A DNA stretch of 64,000 nt, taken from Gemmatimonadota bacterium (GTDB taxonomy: Bacteria > Gemmatimonadota > Gemmatimonadetes > Gemmatimonadales > GWC2-71-9). The notes below the pieces were generated by a model that was not told the origin of the DNA, made no database searches, and worked only from the letters and a program-made list of their open reading frames with translations. This document shows, in pieces, positions 1-8,350 of this stretch (position 1 is its first letter; each line of letters begins with the position of its first letter). The stretch is from assembly GCA_040002895.1 (NCBI GenBank), contig JBDUDP010000001.1, positions 58,872 to 122,871 of the forward strand. The letters run 5' to 3'. The translations under genes were made by a program, and so were the position numbers.

Positions 1-16
1 GCGGGTTGACGATGGC

Positions 17-1141
17 GTGACCCGCCGGGAGTGGCAGGGCTGGCTGAGTGCGCTTGGTGGGCTGCCGGTCGACCGCGAGCCCGAGGAACGGCTCGACATT
101 CTGCGGCAACGGATGCAGCAGGCGGACATCGTCCGACTTTCCGTCGACACCGTGGCTGAACAGGCCGAGGAAGTGGTGGAGGGCGACGAGGCGCTCGAGC
201 GCGCCAAGCGCACGTACGCGCAAGGGGTCTCGGTGGCGCGCGATGTGGTGCAGGGCGTCCGCATGGGCAGGGCACCGAGCAGTCGCCGGCTCAAGCGGGC
301 GGTCCAGCTCATCGTCGACCAGGTGATGGAGAACGAGCTCTCCATCACTGGACTGACTACGCTGCGCGAATACGACGAGTACACCTTCACCCATTCGGTG
401 AATGTCACGATCTTCGCAGTCACGCTGGGCAAGCGGCTCGGGCTCGAGCGCATGCAGCTGTATGACCTCGGGCTGGCCGCGCTGATGCATGACATCGGCA
501 AGGCACGGCTCGACATCACGCTGCTCAACAAGGCGGGCTCGCTCGACGATGCCGAATGGCTCCGCATGCAGGGGCATCCTTGGCTGGGCACCTTGACGCT
601 CTTCAAGATGCGCGAGGGCGAGGATCTCCCGTATCGTGCGATTCTGGCCGCGCACGAGCATCATATGAAGGTTGATCGCAGCGGATATCCCCGCGCCATT
701 CGGCCCCGGCGCCTCGGCCTGTTTACGCGCATCGTGTCGGTCGCCGACGGCTATGACGCGGCGACGACGCGACGGGCCTATCAGAGCGAGCCGCTGGAGC
801 CTGACGCGGTGCTCCGGGAGATGTGGCTGAATCCGGGACGGGGCTACGATCCAACGCTGGTGAAGGCGTTGATCAACCTGTTGGGCATCTATCCGGTCGG
901 TACCTGCGTCATCCTCGACACCTTTGACGTCGCCGTCGTGGCAAGCGCGGGGACCGATCCCGAGCAGCTCCACCGTCCGCTCGTGCGGATTGTGGTGGAT
1001 TCGTTCGGCATCCGCGCCACCCCTCCGGGGGAACTGGTGGATCTCACCACCACGCGCGCCGATGGCAGCCATCCGCGCACCATCGTGAAAGTCACGTCTC
1101 CCGATCGCTACGGAATCACTGTCGGTGATTACTTCGTCTGA
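17..1141 (+). CDS. HD-GYP domain protein (cyclic-di-GMP phosphodiesterase family; GYP signature partly degenerate)
   Basis: 374-aa ORF with HD motif 'LMHDIGK' and 'HEHHMKVDRSGYP' (cf. HHExxDGxGYP). The frame stays open back to window position 2, so the true start may lie upstream of the window. Confidence 0.75.
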   Translation: MTRREWQGWLSALGGLPVDREPEERLDILRQRMQQADIVRLSVDTVAEQAEEVVEGDEALERAKRTYAQGVSVARDVVQGVRMGRAPSSRRLKRAVQLIVDQVMENELSITGLTTLREYDEYTFTHSVNVTIFAVTLGKRLGLERMQLYDLGLAALMHDIGKARLDITLLNKAGSLDDAEWLRMQGHPWLGTLTLFKMREGEDLPYRAILAAHEHHMKVDRSGYPRAIRPRRLGLFTRIVSVADGYDAATTRRAYQSEPLEPDAVLREMWLNPGRGYDPTLVKALINLLGIYPVGTCVILDTFDVAVVASAGTDPEQLHRPLVRIVVDSFGIRATPPGELVDLTTTRADGSHPRTIVKVTSPDRYGITVGDYFV

Positions 1142-1916
1142 ATCGGCGCTGACCGCGACCTGGGCGGCGCTCCGTGCCCGCGGTCGCGCCGCGCTGGTGC
1201 CCTATCTCACGGCGGGATTTCCCACCGTGGCCGATTCCCGCTTGGCACTTCAGTCGGCCAACGCGCACGCCGACGTGATCGAGGTCGGCGTTCCATTCTC
1301 CGATCCGCTGGCGGACGGCCCCACGATCCAGGCGTCCACCTTCGCCGCGCTCGCCAATGGGATGACCCTGCCGCGGACGCTCGCCCTCATCGCCTCGGCG
1401 GAACTCACGCGCCCGGTCGTGCTTTTCTCCTACCTGAACCCGGTGCTGCAATACGGCGTCGAACGACTCCTCACGGATGCCGCGGCCTTGGGCATTGCCG
1501 GCTTGCTGCTGACCGACCTCCCCGCCGGTGCGGACCTCGACATCGAGACGCGCGTGCAAGCGTCGCCACTCGACCTGATCCGCATGGTCGCGCCTACGAC
1601 CGCGGCGGGACGGGTCGCGGCGGCGGTGCACGGGGGTCAGGGATTCATCTATCTCGTGGCCCGACTCGGCGTGACCGGGGCTTCGCAGGAGCTCGCGGGC
1701 GATCTCGCCGAGTCGGTGGCAAGGGTGCGCGCTGCGACGTCGCTGCCGATTGCGGTGGGGTTTGGCATCTCCACTCCCGAGCAGGCCCGGGTCGTGGGTG
1801 GCCTTGCCGATGGCGTGGTGGTGGGGAGCGCGTTGATCGAAGTGCTCGGAACCCGCGGCGTCGCCGCGGCCGACCGCTTCCTCGCCGACCTTCGGTCTGC
1901 GATCGACGGGTCGTGA
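1125..1916 (+). CDS. trpA: tryptophan synthase alpha chain
   Basis: 263 aa with 'LVPYLTAGFPT', 'DVIEVGVPFSDPLADGPTIQ', 'GFIYLVARLGVTG' and 'VGFGIS'. The GTG start overlaps the upstream gene by 17 nt. Confidence 0.92.
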   Translation: MITSSESALTATWAALRARGRAALVPYLTAGFPTVADSRLALQSANAHADVIEVGVPFSDPLADGPTIQASTFAALANGMTLPRTLALIASAELTRPVVLFSYLNPVLQYGVERLLTDAAALGIAGLLLTDLPAGADLDIETRVQASPLDLIRMVAPTTAAGRVAAAVHGGQGFIYLVARLGVTGASQELAGDLAESVARVRAATSLPIAVGFGISTPEQARVVGGLADGVVVGSALIEVLGTRGVAAADRFLADLRSAIDGS

Positions 1917-2329
1917 CGACGATGGTGCGCGCGACGGTGGCGCTCGGGAGCAACCTGGGGGATCGTGCCGCCGCCCTCGCGTTGGCCCGGCACCGACTCG
2001 CTGAACTGGCCGAGACCGAGGTCGTGTGCTGTTCGTCGGTTGACGAGACCGACCCGCTCGGGGGCCTGTCCCAGCCACGCTACCTGAACCAGGTGGTGCT
2101 GCTGGTCACCGGCGCCTCCGCGGCTGCACTGTTGACAGCATGCCACGATATTGAACGCGAAGCGGGACGGACGCGAGATACCCCGTGGTGCTCACGCACG
2201 CTCGACCTCGACCTGATCTATTTTGGGGACCTGCTCTGCGACACCCCGGAGCTCGTGCTGCCGCACCCGGGGTTGCGCGACCGGACATTCTGGGCGCGGC
2301 ACATTGCCGCTGTGGAGGCCCATGGCTGA
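1913..2329 (+). CDS. folK: 2-amino-4-hydroxy-6-hydroxymethyldihydropteridine diphosphokinase (HPPK)
   Basis: 138 aa with 'VALGSNLGDR', 'SSVDETDPLGGLSQPRYLNQVV', 'RTLDLDLI' and 'LVLPHP'. GTGA overlap with the trpA stop. Confidence 0.88.
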   Translation: MTTMVRATVALGSNLGDRAAALALARHRLAELAETEVVCCSSVDETDPLGGLSQPRYLNQVVLLVTGASAAALLTACHDIEREAGRTRDTPWCSRTLDLDLIYFGDLLCDTPELVLPHPGLRDRTFWARHIAAVEAHG

Positions 2330-3128
2330 CAAACTGTTGACGATGCCGGACTTGGCCACGCGCAAGCGGGACGGTCGGCGACTCGTCATGCTCACGTGCT
2401 ACGACGCGCTCTTCGCTCGCCTGCTCGAGCACGCGGGCATCGATCTGCTGCTGGTCGGTGATTCGCTGAACGAGGTGCTGGCCGGGCAGCGCTCGACGCT
2501 GAGCGCCACCCTGGACCAGATGATCTATCACGCGGCGAGTGTGCGCCGCGGTGCAGCGCGCACGCCCATCGTGGTGGACCTGCCGTTCCTCTCCTATCAG
2601 GTGTCGCCCGAGGAGGCCATCCGCAACGCCGGGCGCGTCCTCGCGGAGACGGACTGCCACGCGGTGAAGCTGGAGGGCGGAGCGCCGATGGCGGAGACGG
2701 TGCGGATGCTGGTTGATCGCGGCATTGCGGTCATCGGCCATCTGGGACTCACGCCGCAGGCGATCAACACCCTGGGTGGCTATCGGGTGCAAGGACGCGA
2801 TGCGCCCGCTGCCGCACGCCTGCGCGACGACGCGCGCGCCCTGGAGGACGCCGGGGCCAGTGCCATCGTGCTCGAACTGGTGCCACAGGGACTCGCGCGG
2901 GCGGTGTCGGCTTCGCTCACCATCCCGACCATCGGCATCGGGGCGGGGAACGGCTGCGACGGACAAGTACTCGTCCTGCACGACATGCTGGGGCTGAACG
3001 AGGGCTTCTCCCCCAAGTTCCTCAAGCGTTACGCAGAGCTGGCCGGCACGGTGCGCGACGCGGCGTCGCAGTACGCGGCGGAGGTGCGATCCGGCGCCTA
3101 TCCTGACGCGTCCCACTCTTTCGACTGA
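2322..3128 (+). CDS. panB: 3-methyl-2-oxobutanoate hydroxymethyltransferase
   Basis: 'LVMLTCYDALFARLLEHAGIDLLLVGDSL', 'AVKLEGG' and 'GHLGLTPQ'. I place the start at ATG 2322 (MADKLL). The track ORF start at 2223 lies inside folK. Confidence 0.92.
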   Translation: MADKLLTMPDLATRKRDGRRLVMLTCYDALFARLLEHAGIDLLLVGDSLNEVLAGQRSTLSATLDQMIYHAASVRRGAARTPIVVDLPFLSYQVSPEEAIRNAGRVLAETDCHAVKLEGGAPMAETVRMLVDRGIAVIGHLGLTPQAINTLGGYRVQGRDAPAAARLRDDARALEDAGASAIVLELVPQGLARAVSASLTIPTIGIGAGNGCDGQVLVLHDMLGLNEGFSPKFLKRYAELAGTVRDAASQYAAEVRSGAYPDASHSFD

Positions 3129-3136
3129 GCGCCGCC

Positions 3137-3991
3137 ATGGAGGAATGCACCACGATCGCCGCGCTGCGCGCCCGGCTCGACCGCGAACGTCAGGCGGGGC
3201 GCTCGATCGGGCTGGTGCCGACCATGGGCTTTCTGCATGATGGCCATCTGGCCCTCGTCGACGACCTGCGGTCGGTCTCCGATGTCGTGGTGATGAGCAT
3301 CTTCGTGAATCCGCTGCAGTTCGGCCCCAACGAGGACCTCTCGCGCTACCCGCGGAACATCGAGGGAGACCGTGCCCTCGCAGCGTCGCGCGGCGTTGAT
3401 ATTCTTTTCGTGCCATCGGTGGCGGAGATGTATCCCCATGGCGCCGAGACGCGCGTGGTGGCGGGGGAGACGGGGTCGCGATGGGAGGGTGCCCACCGCC
3501 CGGGGCATTTCGATGGCGTGCTGACCGTGGTGGCGAAGTTGTTCAACATCGTGCAGCCGGCTGTCGCCGGCTTCGGGCAGAAGGACATCGAGCAGTTCAC
3601 CCTGATTCGCCGAATGGTGCGTGACCTCGATTGTCCGCTCGCCCTCCGCCGACTGGCCACGGTGCGGGAACCCGATGGGCTCGCGCTCAGTTCGCGCAAC
3701 GTCTACCTCACACCCGAGGCGCGACAGGATGCGCTCACGCTCTCGCGGGCGCTGGGTGCGGTCGTCGAGCGCTGGGGGCAGGGTGAACACGATGCGGAAC
3801 GGCTGCACGCCGTCGCCGTCTCGGTGTTCGCTGCCGCCGAGCGCGTGCAACCCGACTACATCGCGATCGTGGACCCGGAATCGCTCGCCCCCGTCCCCCG
3901 CGCCGTCGCCGGGACGATCGTCGCTGTCGCGGCGCGAGTCGGTGTGACCCGCCTCATCGACAATGTCATCCTAGGGGAGCGGTCGCCATGA
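3137..3991 (+). CDS. panC: pantoate--beta-alanine ligase
   Basis: 284 aa with 'GLVPTMGFLHDGHLALV', 'SIFVNPLQFGPNEDL' and 'FGQKDIEQ'. Confidence 0.93.
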   Translation: MEECTTIAALRARLDRERQAGRSIGLVPTMGFLHDGHLALVDDLRSVSDVVVMSIFVNPLQFGPNEDLSRYPRNIEGDRALAASRGVDILFVPSVAEMYPHGAETRVVAGETGSRWEGAHRPGHFDGVLTVVAKLFNIVQPAVAGFGQKDIEQFTLIRRMVRDLDCPLALRRLATVREPDGLALSSRNVYLTPEARQDALTLSRALGAVVERWGQGEHDAERLHAVAVSVFAAAERVQPDYIAIVDPESLAPVPRAVAGTIVAVAARVGVTRLIDNVILGERSP

Positions 3992-4134
3992 CCACGCCGC
4001 GTCCCACGCTGCAGTCCGGGATCCACCGCGCCACCTTCACCTCGACCGGCTTTCCGCACCGGGACTGCTCGGTGTTGCGTCCGTCGGTGGTGCTCGTCGA
4101 CGCGGGCCATCGCCTCGTGGCGTTGGCGGGTTGA
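3988..4134 (+). pseudogene. truncated, degenerate aspartate 1-decarboxylase (panD-like) remnant, 48 codons
   Basis: ATGA-coupled to the panC stop. It is too short to appear in the ORF track. Translation is 'MTTPRPTLQSGIHRATFTSTGFPHRDCSVLRPSVVLVDAGHRLVALAG*'. 'LQSGIHRATFT' matches the PanD N-terminus 'L+SKIHRATVT' and 'LVDAG' matches 'L+DAAG'. The Lys of 'SKIHR' and the Gly of the Gly-Ser self-cleavage site are replaced (G and C), and the C-terminal two thirds are absent in all frames. Confidence 0.45.
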
Positions 4135-4139
4135 GCCAC

Positions 4140-4700
4140 ATGCTGCCGTCCGCTCCCCATTCCCCCGCGGATGGGCTTCCTGCTTGGGCCATCGTGACGC
4201 CAGCGCGGCGGGAGCATATCGAGCGGGTGATCACCTTGATGCGAAGCTGGGTGACCGCGCTCAAGCTGGCACCCGAGGAGCGCGCCCGCTGGCTGCGCGC
4301 GGTCTGGCTGCATGACGCCTTGCGCGATGCCCCAGAAGGCGAGATGCGTCGCTGGGCCCCCACCATCGAAGGCCCAGTGGAGCTGCGCCACGGTCCTGCC
4401 GCGGCCGCGCGCGCAGAACTCGAGGGCGAGGGAGACGCGGACGTGCTCAGCGCCGTGCGCTGGCATTCCGTCGGCTGGGTTGGGTGGGGCCGGATCGGCC
4501 GGGCACTCTACTGCGCTGATTTCCTCGAACCTGGGCGGACCTTCGATCGCGACGACCGTTCGGCGCTCGCCGTCCGGTTCCCTGAGGAACCCGATGCCGT
4601 GCTGCGCGCGGTGGTGGCCCGGAGACTCAGCTACGCCGCGACCCGCGGGTGGAGCATCTCGCCTGAGTCCGTGGCATTCCGGGAGGCTGTTGGCGCATGA
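4140..4700 (+). CDS. HD superfamily phosphohydrolase, YqeK-like
   Basis: 'AVWLHDALRD', 'RWHSVGW' and 'LYCADFLEPGRTF' resemble YqeK-type HD proteins ('..LHD..K', 'H..G', 'YLADxIEPGR'). The start could be ATG 4140 or TTG 4131. Confidence 0.55.
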   Translation: MLPSAPHSPADGLPAWAIVTPARREHIERVITLMRSWVTALKLAPEERARWLRAVWLHDALRDAPEGEMRRWAPTIEGPVELRHGPAAAARAELEGEGDADVLSAVRWHSVGWVGWGRIGRALYCADFLEPGRTFDRDDRSALAVRFPEEPDAVLRAVVARRLSYAATRGWSISPESVAFREAVGA

Positions 4701-5116
4701 CCTCCCGCCGATGGCTCTGGCTCGGTGGGGGAGTGTTCCTGCTCCTCCTCGCGGTGCTCCTCCTGCGCCCCCGCTCTGCGGTGGTTGAGCGTCCCGCCGA
4801 GCGTCGCTGGGAGCCGCTCGATCGACGGGTCACGATCGAGGTGTTGAACTCCGGCGGCGTCACCGGCGCCGGCCGGGCGGGAATGCTGCTGCTGCGACGC
4901 GCCGGTCTGGACGTGGTCTACGTCGCCAATGCCGATTCGGCGCTTTCCGGGCGAGACCGGAACCAGATCCTCGTGCGGCGCGGCGACACGACGGGCGTCG
5001 GAAGGGCGCTCGACGCACTCGGGGACGGGGAAGTGGTCACCGCGAACGACCCCGCCAGGCTGGTGGACCTCACCATCCTGCTCGGCAAGCGGTTCCGGGT
5101 TCCAAAGGGCAACTGA
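4697..5116 (+). CDS. LytR_C (LytR cell-envelope-related C-terminal) domain membrane-anchored protein
   Basis: 139 aa with an N-terminal TM segment 'WLWLGGGVFLLLLAVLLL', then 'VTIEVLNSGGVTGAGRAGMLLLRRAGLDVVYVANAD...ILVRRGD'. ATGA overlap with the upstream stop. Confidence 0.6.
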   Translation: MTSRRWLWLGGGVFLLLLAVLLLRPRSAVVERPAERRWEPLDRRVTIEVLNSGGVTGAGRAGMLLLRRAGLDVVYVANADSALSGRDRNQILVRRGDTTGVGRALDALGDGEVVTANDPARLVDLTILLGKRFRVPKGN

Positions 5117-5143
5117 GCCGTCGGGGGGAACCGACTGGGCCGC

Positions 5144-5159
5144 TGGCACGTTTTAAGCT
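5144..5159 (+). promoter_or_regulatory. candidate sigma-54 (-24/-12) promoter
   Basis: 'TGGCACGttttaaGCt' matches the TGGCACG-N4-TTGCW frame. GG and GC have exact consensus spacing, and the -12 element is AAGC rather than TTGC. It lies 37 nt upstream of ATG 5196, with a GGAGGAG Shine-Dalgarno in between. Confidence 0.3.
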
Positions 5160-5195
5160 GCGAGTGGCATCAGGTCACTCGGAGGAGCTACTGCC

Positions 5196-5585
5196 ATGAC
5201 GACATCCGAACTGCAATCGCGACTTGCCCCGGTCCGGGAGGCGATGCTCAACCTGCATCGCAATCTCCTTGATGCCGAGCGCATCGCCTACGAACGCTTG
5301 AACGGTCGGGTGCCGGGATCGGCCGACGTCCTGCAGCTCGCCATCCACGATCCGTGGTTCGCCTGGCTTCGGCCCCTCACCGCGCTGCTGGTCGCGATGG
5401 ATGAGGCCATGCTCGAGGACTCGCCGGATGCCGATGCCCGGGTGCCGAATCTGCTCGACGAGGCGCGGCTCATGGTGCGCGCCGACGAGGATGGCAGCGA
5501 TTTCCAGCAACGGCTCTTTGAGCTCGTCCAGCGCTCGCCCGACGTGGCGATCGCCGAGGTGTCGGCGGCGCGACTGCTCCGCTGA
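5196..5585 (+). CDS. hypothetical protein (no family recognised)
   Basis: 129-aa ORF with GC3-biased codon usage like its neighbours and a GGAGGAG RBS 7 nt upstream. The predicted protein looks helical and acidic ('DPWFAWLRPLTALLVAMDEAML'). Confidence 0.55.
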   Translation: MTTSELQSRLAPVREAMLNLHRNLLDAERIAYERLNGRVPGSADVLQLAIHDPWFAWLRPLTALLVAMDEAMLEDSPDADARVPNLLDEARLMVRADEDGSDFQQRLFELVQRSPDVAIAEVSAARLLR

Positions 5586-5630
5586 CCCGCTGTCCAGGCG
5601 CCGCACCCCAGATGTGGGTCGACGCCTGTG

Positions 5631-6944
5631 TCAGCCCTCCACCGATGGAATCCCGCCACGACTTCGCAGCGCCAGCACCACATCCATGACGTTCGTCCCG
5701 GTCGGGCCCGGCGCCCAGAGCGCTCCGCCCGCGCCGAGCGCGGCGTGGGCATCATGGCGGGCAAGGTCGGCGGCCGGATCACGGCCCGCGTCGCGAATGC
5801 GCTCCCAGGTGTCGCCATCGACCACGGCGCCGGCTGCGTCGGTTGTGCCGTCGCGACCGTCCGTCCCCGCCGCGAGCAGTGTGGTCGCGTTGCGACCTCC
5901 GCCGATGGCCAACGCGTGGGCCGCGGCAAGCGCCAACGCCTGATTGCGGCCGCCGGGCGGGGCGTCGTCGGGGAGGGCGACCACGCATTCCCCACCATGG
6001 AGCCACAGCTCCGCGATCTCGGGCGACAGGATGACCGAACTCTCCGCGCGATGGTGCGCGGCGATGAGGGCCGCGCCGAGCTTCGTGCCCGTCGTCGCGG
6101 CATCGCCCAGGAGTGGCGTGCCCACCGCATGCACGCGCACGCCATGTGAGGCGGCATGACGCGCGGCGGCAGCGAGCGCGTCAGCATTGCTGGCGAGGAT
6201 GTGCAGTTCCACCTCGGCCAGCGCGCGGTCGTTCGACTTCAGGGTTTCCTTCGCGATGACCTGCTGCAGCGGTGCCCCGAGCGCGGTCCAGAGCTCATGG
6301 CGACGGAGCAGGGCGGTGATCTCGGCGCTGGACCAGGAATCCGCGCTCAGGGGACCCGAGCCGATAAGGGACGGGTCGTCGCCGGGAACATCGGAGATCA
6401 ACCAGCCGATGGTGCGGCGCGGGGCGAGCGCCGCCGCGAGACGACCACCGCTCCACCGCGTCAGGCGCTTGCGGATCAGGTTCATCTCGGTGATGTCGAG
6501 TCCCGCGTGGAGCAGGCGCGCGAACACGGTGTGCAGTTCGTCGGCATCCACCCCTGGCAGCGGCGCCGCAATCAAGGCACTCGTTCCGCCCGACACCGCC
6601 ACGTGGACGTCGACGGCGATCGGCAGATCGCGAATCCACGATCCGAGGGCATCTGCAGCACGTTGCGAGGCCGTCCCCGGCACGGGATGATCCCCCGCCA
6701 TGATCTCACCCGGTTGCCCGTGACCGATGACCAGCCGGGCCACCGGCGGTCGGCCGAGTGTGGTGAGGGATGCGTCGATTGCCGCCGCCATCGGCGCCGC
6801 GGCCTTGCCGATGGCGAGCAGGGCAGTGGGACGGGCGCCGATGGTCGGTTCCAGGCGGTCGGCCGTGAGGATGCGCTCTGGCAGCACTGCCGCAATGCCC
6901 GCCTCGAAGCAGGATTTCAGGAAGTCGGCTGGTGTGCTGAGCAT
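5631..6944 (-). CDS. glycerate 2-kinase (MOFRL/DUF4147 family, TtuD/GckA type)
   Basis: 437 aa with 'LLAIGKAAAPMA', 'VAVSGGTSAL', 'WLHGGECVVALP...GGRNQALALAAA' and 'LLAAGTDGRDGTTDAAGAVVDG'. Confidence 0.85.
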   Translation of the reverse strand: MLSTPADFLKSCFEAGIAAVLPERILTADRLEPTIGARPTALLAIGKAAAPMAAAIDASLTTLGRPPVARLVIGHGQPGEIMAGDHPVPGTASQRAADALGSWIRDLPIAVDVHVAVSGGTSALIAAPLPGVDADELHTVFARLLHAGLDITEMNLIRKRLTRWSGGRLAAALAPRRTIGWLISDVPGDDPSLIGSGPLSADSWSSAEITALLRRHELWTALGAPLQQVIAKETLKSNDRALAEVELHILASNADALAAAARHAASHGVRVHAVGTPLLGDAATTGTKLGAALIAAHHRAESSVILSPEIAELWLHGGECVVALPDDAPPGGRNQALALAAAHALAIGGGRNATTLLAAGTDGRDGTTDAAGAVVDGDTWERIRDAGRDPAADLARHDAHAALGAGGALWAPGPTGTNVMDVVLALRSRGGIPSVEG

Positions 6945-7027
6945 TGTTCAGGTGACTCCTGCGCGAGACCGACCAATATTACCACCTGTTCCGCGACGAC
7001 CGACCACTCCGCACGTGAGGCAACCAC

Positions 7028-8002
7028 ATGGCAACGCGTCCGAGCGTTCTCGTCACCCGACGCCTGCCACCCGCAGTCGAAGCCGTGCTGCGTGACACGT
7101 TCGACGTGACGCTCTCCTCGGACGACGCGGCCATGTCCCCCGAGGCGTTGCAGCGGGCGCTGGGGAGCGTGGACGCCATTCTCTCGACCGTGACCGATCG
7201 CTTCACCGCCGAAGTGCTCGCCGCGTACCCCATTCGCACGCGATTGATCGCGAACTTCGGCGTCGGCGTCGACAACATCGACCTGCCCGCGGCGCACGCG
7301 CATGGCATCGCCGTGAGCAACACGCCGGGTGTCCTCACGGATTGCACTGCCGATCTCACCATGACCTTGCTCATGATGGTGCTGCGCCGGGCTGGGGAAG
7401 GGGAGCGTGAGGTCCGCGGCGGTCGGTGGATGGGCTGGGCCCCGACGCGCATGCTCGGTCGGCGGGTGACCGGCCGCACGCTTGGAATCATCGGGGTGGG
7501 GCGCATCGGACGGGCGGTCGCGCGGCGCGCACACTTCGGCTTCGACATGCGGGTACTGGGGTACTCTCCGCGGGCAGTGCCGGGCCCCGAGCTCGAGGGG
7601 TGCGGCATTGAACTCTGCCCCTCGCTCGACACGTTGCTGGCGGCCAGCGATGTCGTCTCGCTGCACTGTCCCAGCACACTCGATACGCGCGGAATGATGA
7701 ATGCAACGCGCCTTGCCCAGCTGTCACCCGGTGCCTTCCTCATCAATACCGCGCGCGGCGACATCATCGTGGAAGACGCGCTCGTGGCCGCCCTCGACTC
7801 GGGGCACCTCGCCGGCGCGGGCCTCGACGTCTACCGCGACGAACCCGCGGTTGCTCGTCGCTTGTTGGGCCGCGACAACGTCGTCCTGCTGCCGCACCTC
7901 GGCTCCGCGACCAGGGAAACCCGGGAGGAAATGGGATTTCTAGCCGTCCAGAACCTCCGGGCCTTCTTCGCCGGCGAGGAACTCCCCAGCCGGGTGATCT
8001 AG
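7028..8002 (+). CDS. D-isomer-specific 2-hydroxyacid dehydrogenase (glyoxylate/hydroxypyruvate reductase type)
   Basis: 324 aa with Rossmann motif 'GRTLGIIGVGRIGRAVARRA', 'INTARGDII' and 'LDVYRDEP...VVLLPHLGSAT'. It is divergent from the glycerate kinase gene. Confidence 0.88.
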   Translation: MATRPSVLVTRRLPPAVEAVLRDTFDVTLSSDDAAMSPEALQRALGSVDAILSTVTDRFTAEVLAAYPIRTRLIANFGVGVDNIDLPAAHAHGIAVSNTPGVLTDCTADLTMTLLMMVLRRAGEGEREVRGGRWMGWAPTRMLGRRVTGRTLGIIGVGRIGRAVARRAHFGFDMRVLGYSPRAVPGPELEGCGIELCPSLDTLLAASDVVSLHCPSTLDTRGMMNATRLAQLSPGAFLINTARGDIIVEDALVAALDSGHLAGAGLDVYRDEPAVARRLLGRDNVVLLPHLGSATRETREEMGFLAVQNLRAFFAGEELPSRVI

Positions 8003-8032
8003 CCGGGACCCCAAGGGCTTGACGGAGATATT

Positions 8033-8054
8033 TAGACACTTACCTTAATGTCTA
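8033..8054. promoter_or_regulatory. inverted repeat TAGACA-N10-TGTCTA overlapping the arsR-family start codon (candidate operator)
   Basis: It sits in a locally AT-rich 45-bp gap. TTGACG at 8019-8024 lies upstream. The right arm covers ATG 8048 and ATG 8054. Confidence 0.3.
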
Positions 8055-8350
8055 TGATTGACGAGACCTTTCGGGCCCTCGCCGACCCGACCCGACGCCG
8101 AATCCTCGCGCTGCTGCGCGACGGTGATCGGCCGGCTGGCGAGCTTGCCGCGGAGTTCCCGATGGCGTGGGCCTCGGTTTCGCATCACCTCCAGGTGCTG
8201 CGCAACGCGGGGCTGGTGCGCTCCCGGCGCGAGGGGCAGTTCATCGTCTACTCGCTCCATACCACCGTCTTTCAGGACGCCCTGCAACACCTCCTCGAGA
8301 TTGTTCCGGCCGTTCCGGCCACTGCCTCCGGAGATTCCCATGCGGACTAG
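8048..8350 (+). CDS. ArsR/SmtB family transcriptional regulator (SdpR-like context)
   Basis: 100 aa with 'LADPTRRRILALLRDGDRPAGELAAEF', 'VSHHLQVLRNAGLVRSRREGQFIVYSL'. Confidence 0.9.
   Translation: MSMIDETFRALADPTRRRILALLRDGDRPAGELAAEFPMAWASVSHHLQVLRNAGLVRSRREGQFIVYSLHTTVFQDALQHLLEIVPAVPATASGDSHAD

Noticed and set aside
5586-5630. A possible bidirectional terminator between the hypothetical gene and the glycerate kinase gene (AGGCG...ACCC-loop-GGGT...CGCCT).
   Set aside because: The stem is interrupted (5 + 4 bp with an internal loop) and lacks flanking T/A tracts. It is too weak to report as a feature.
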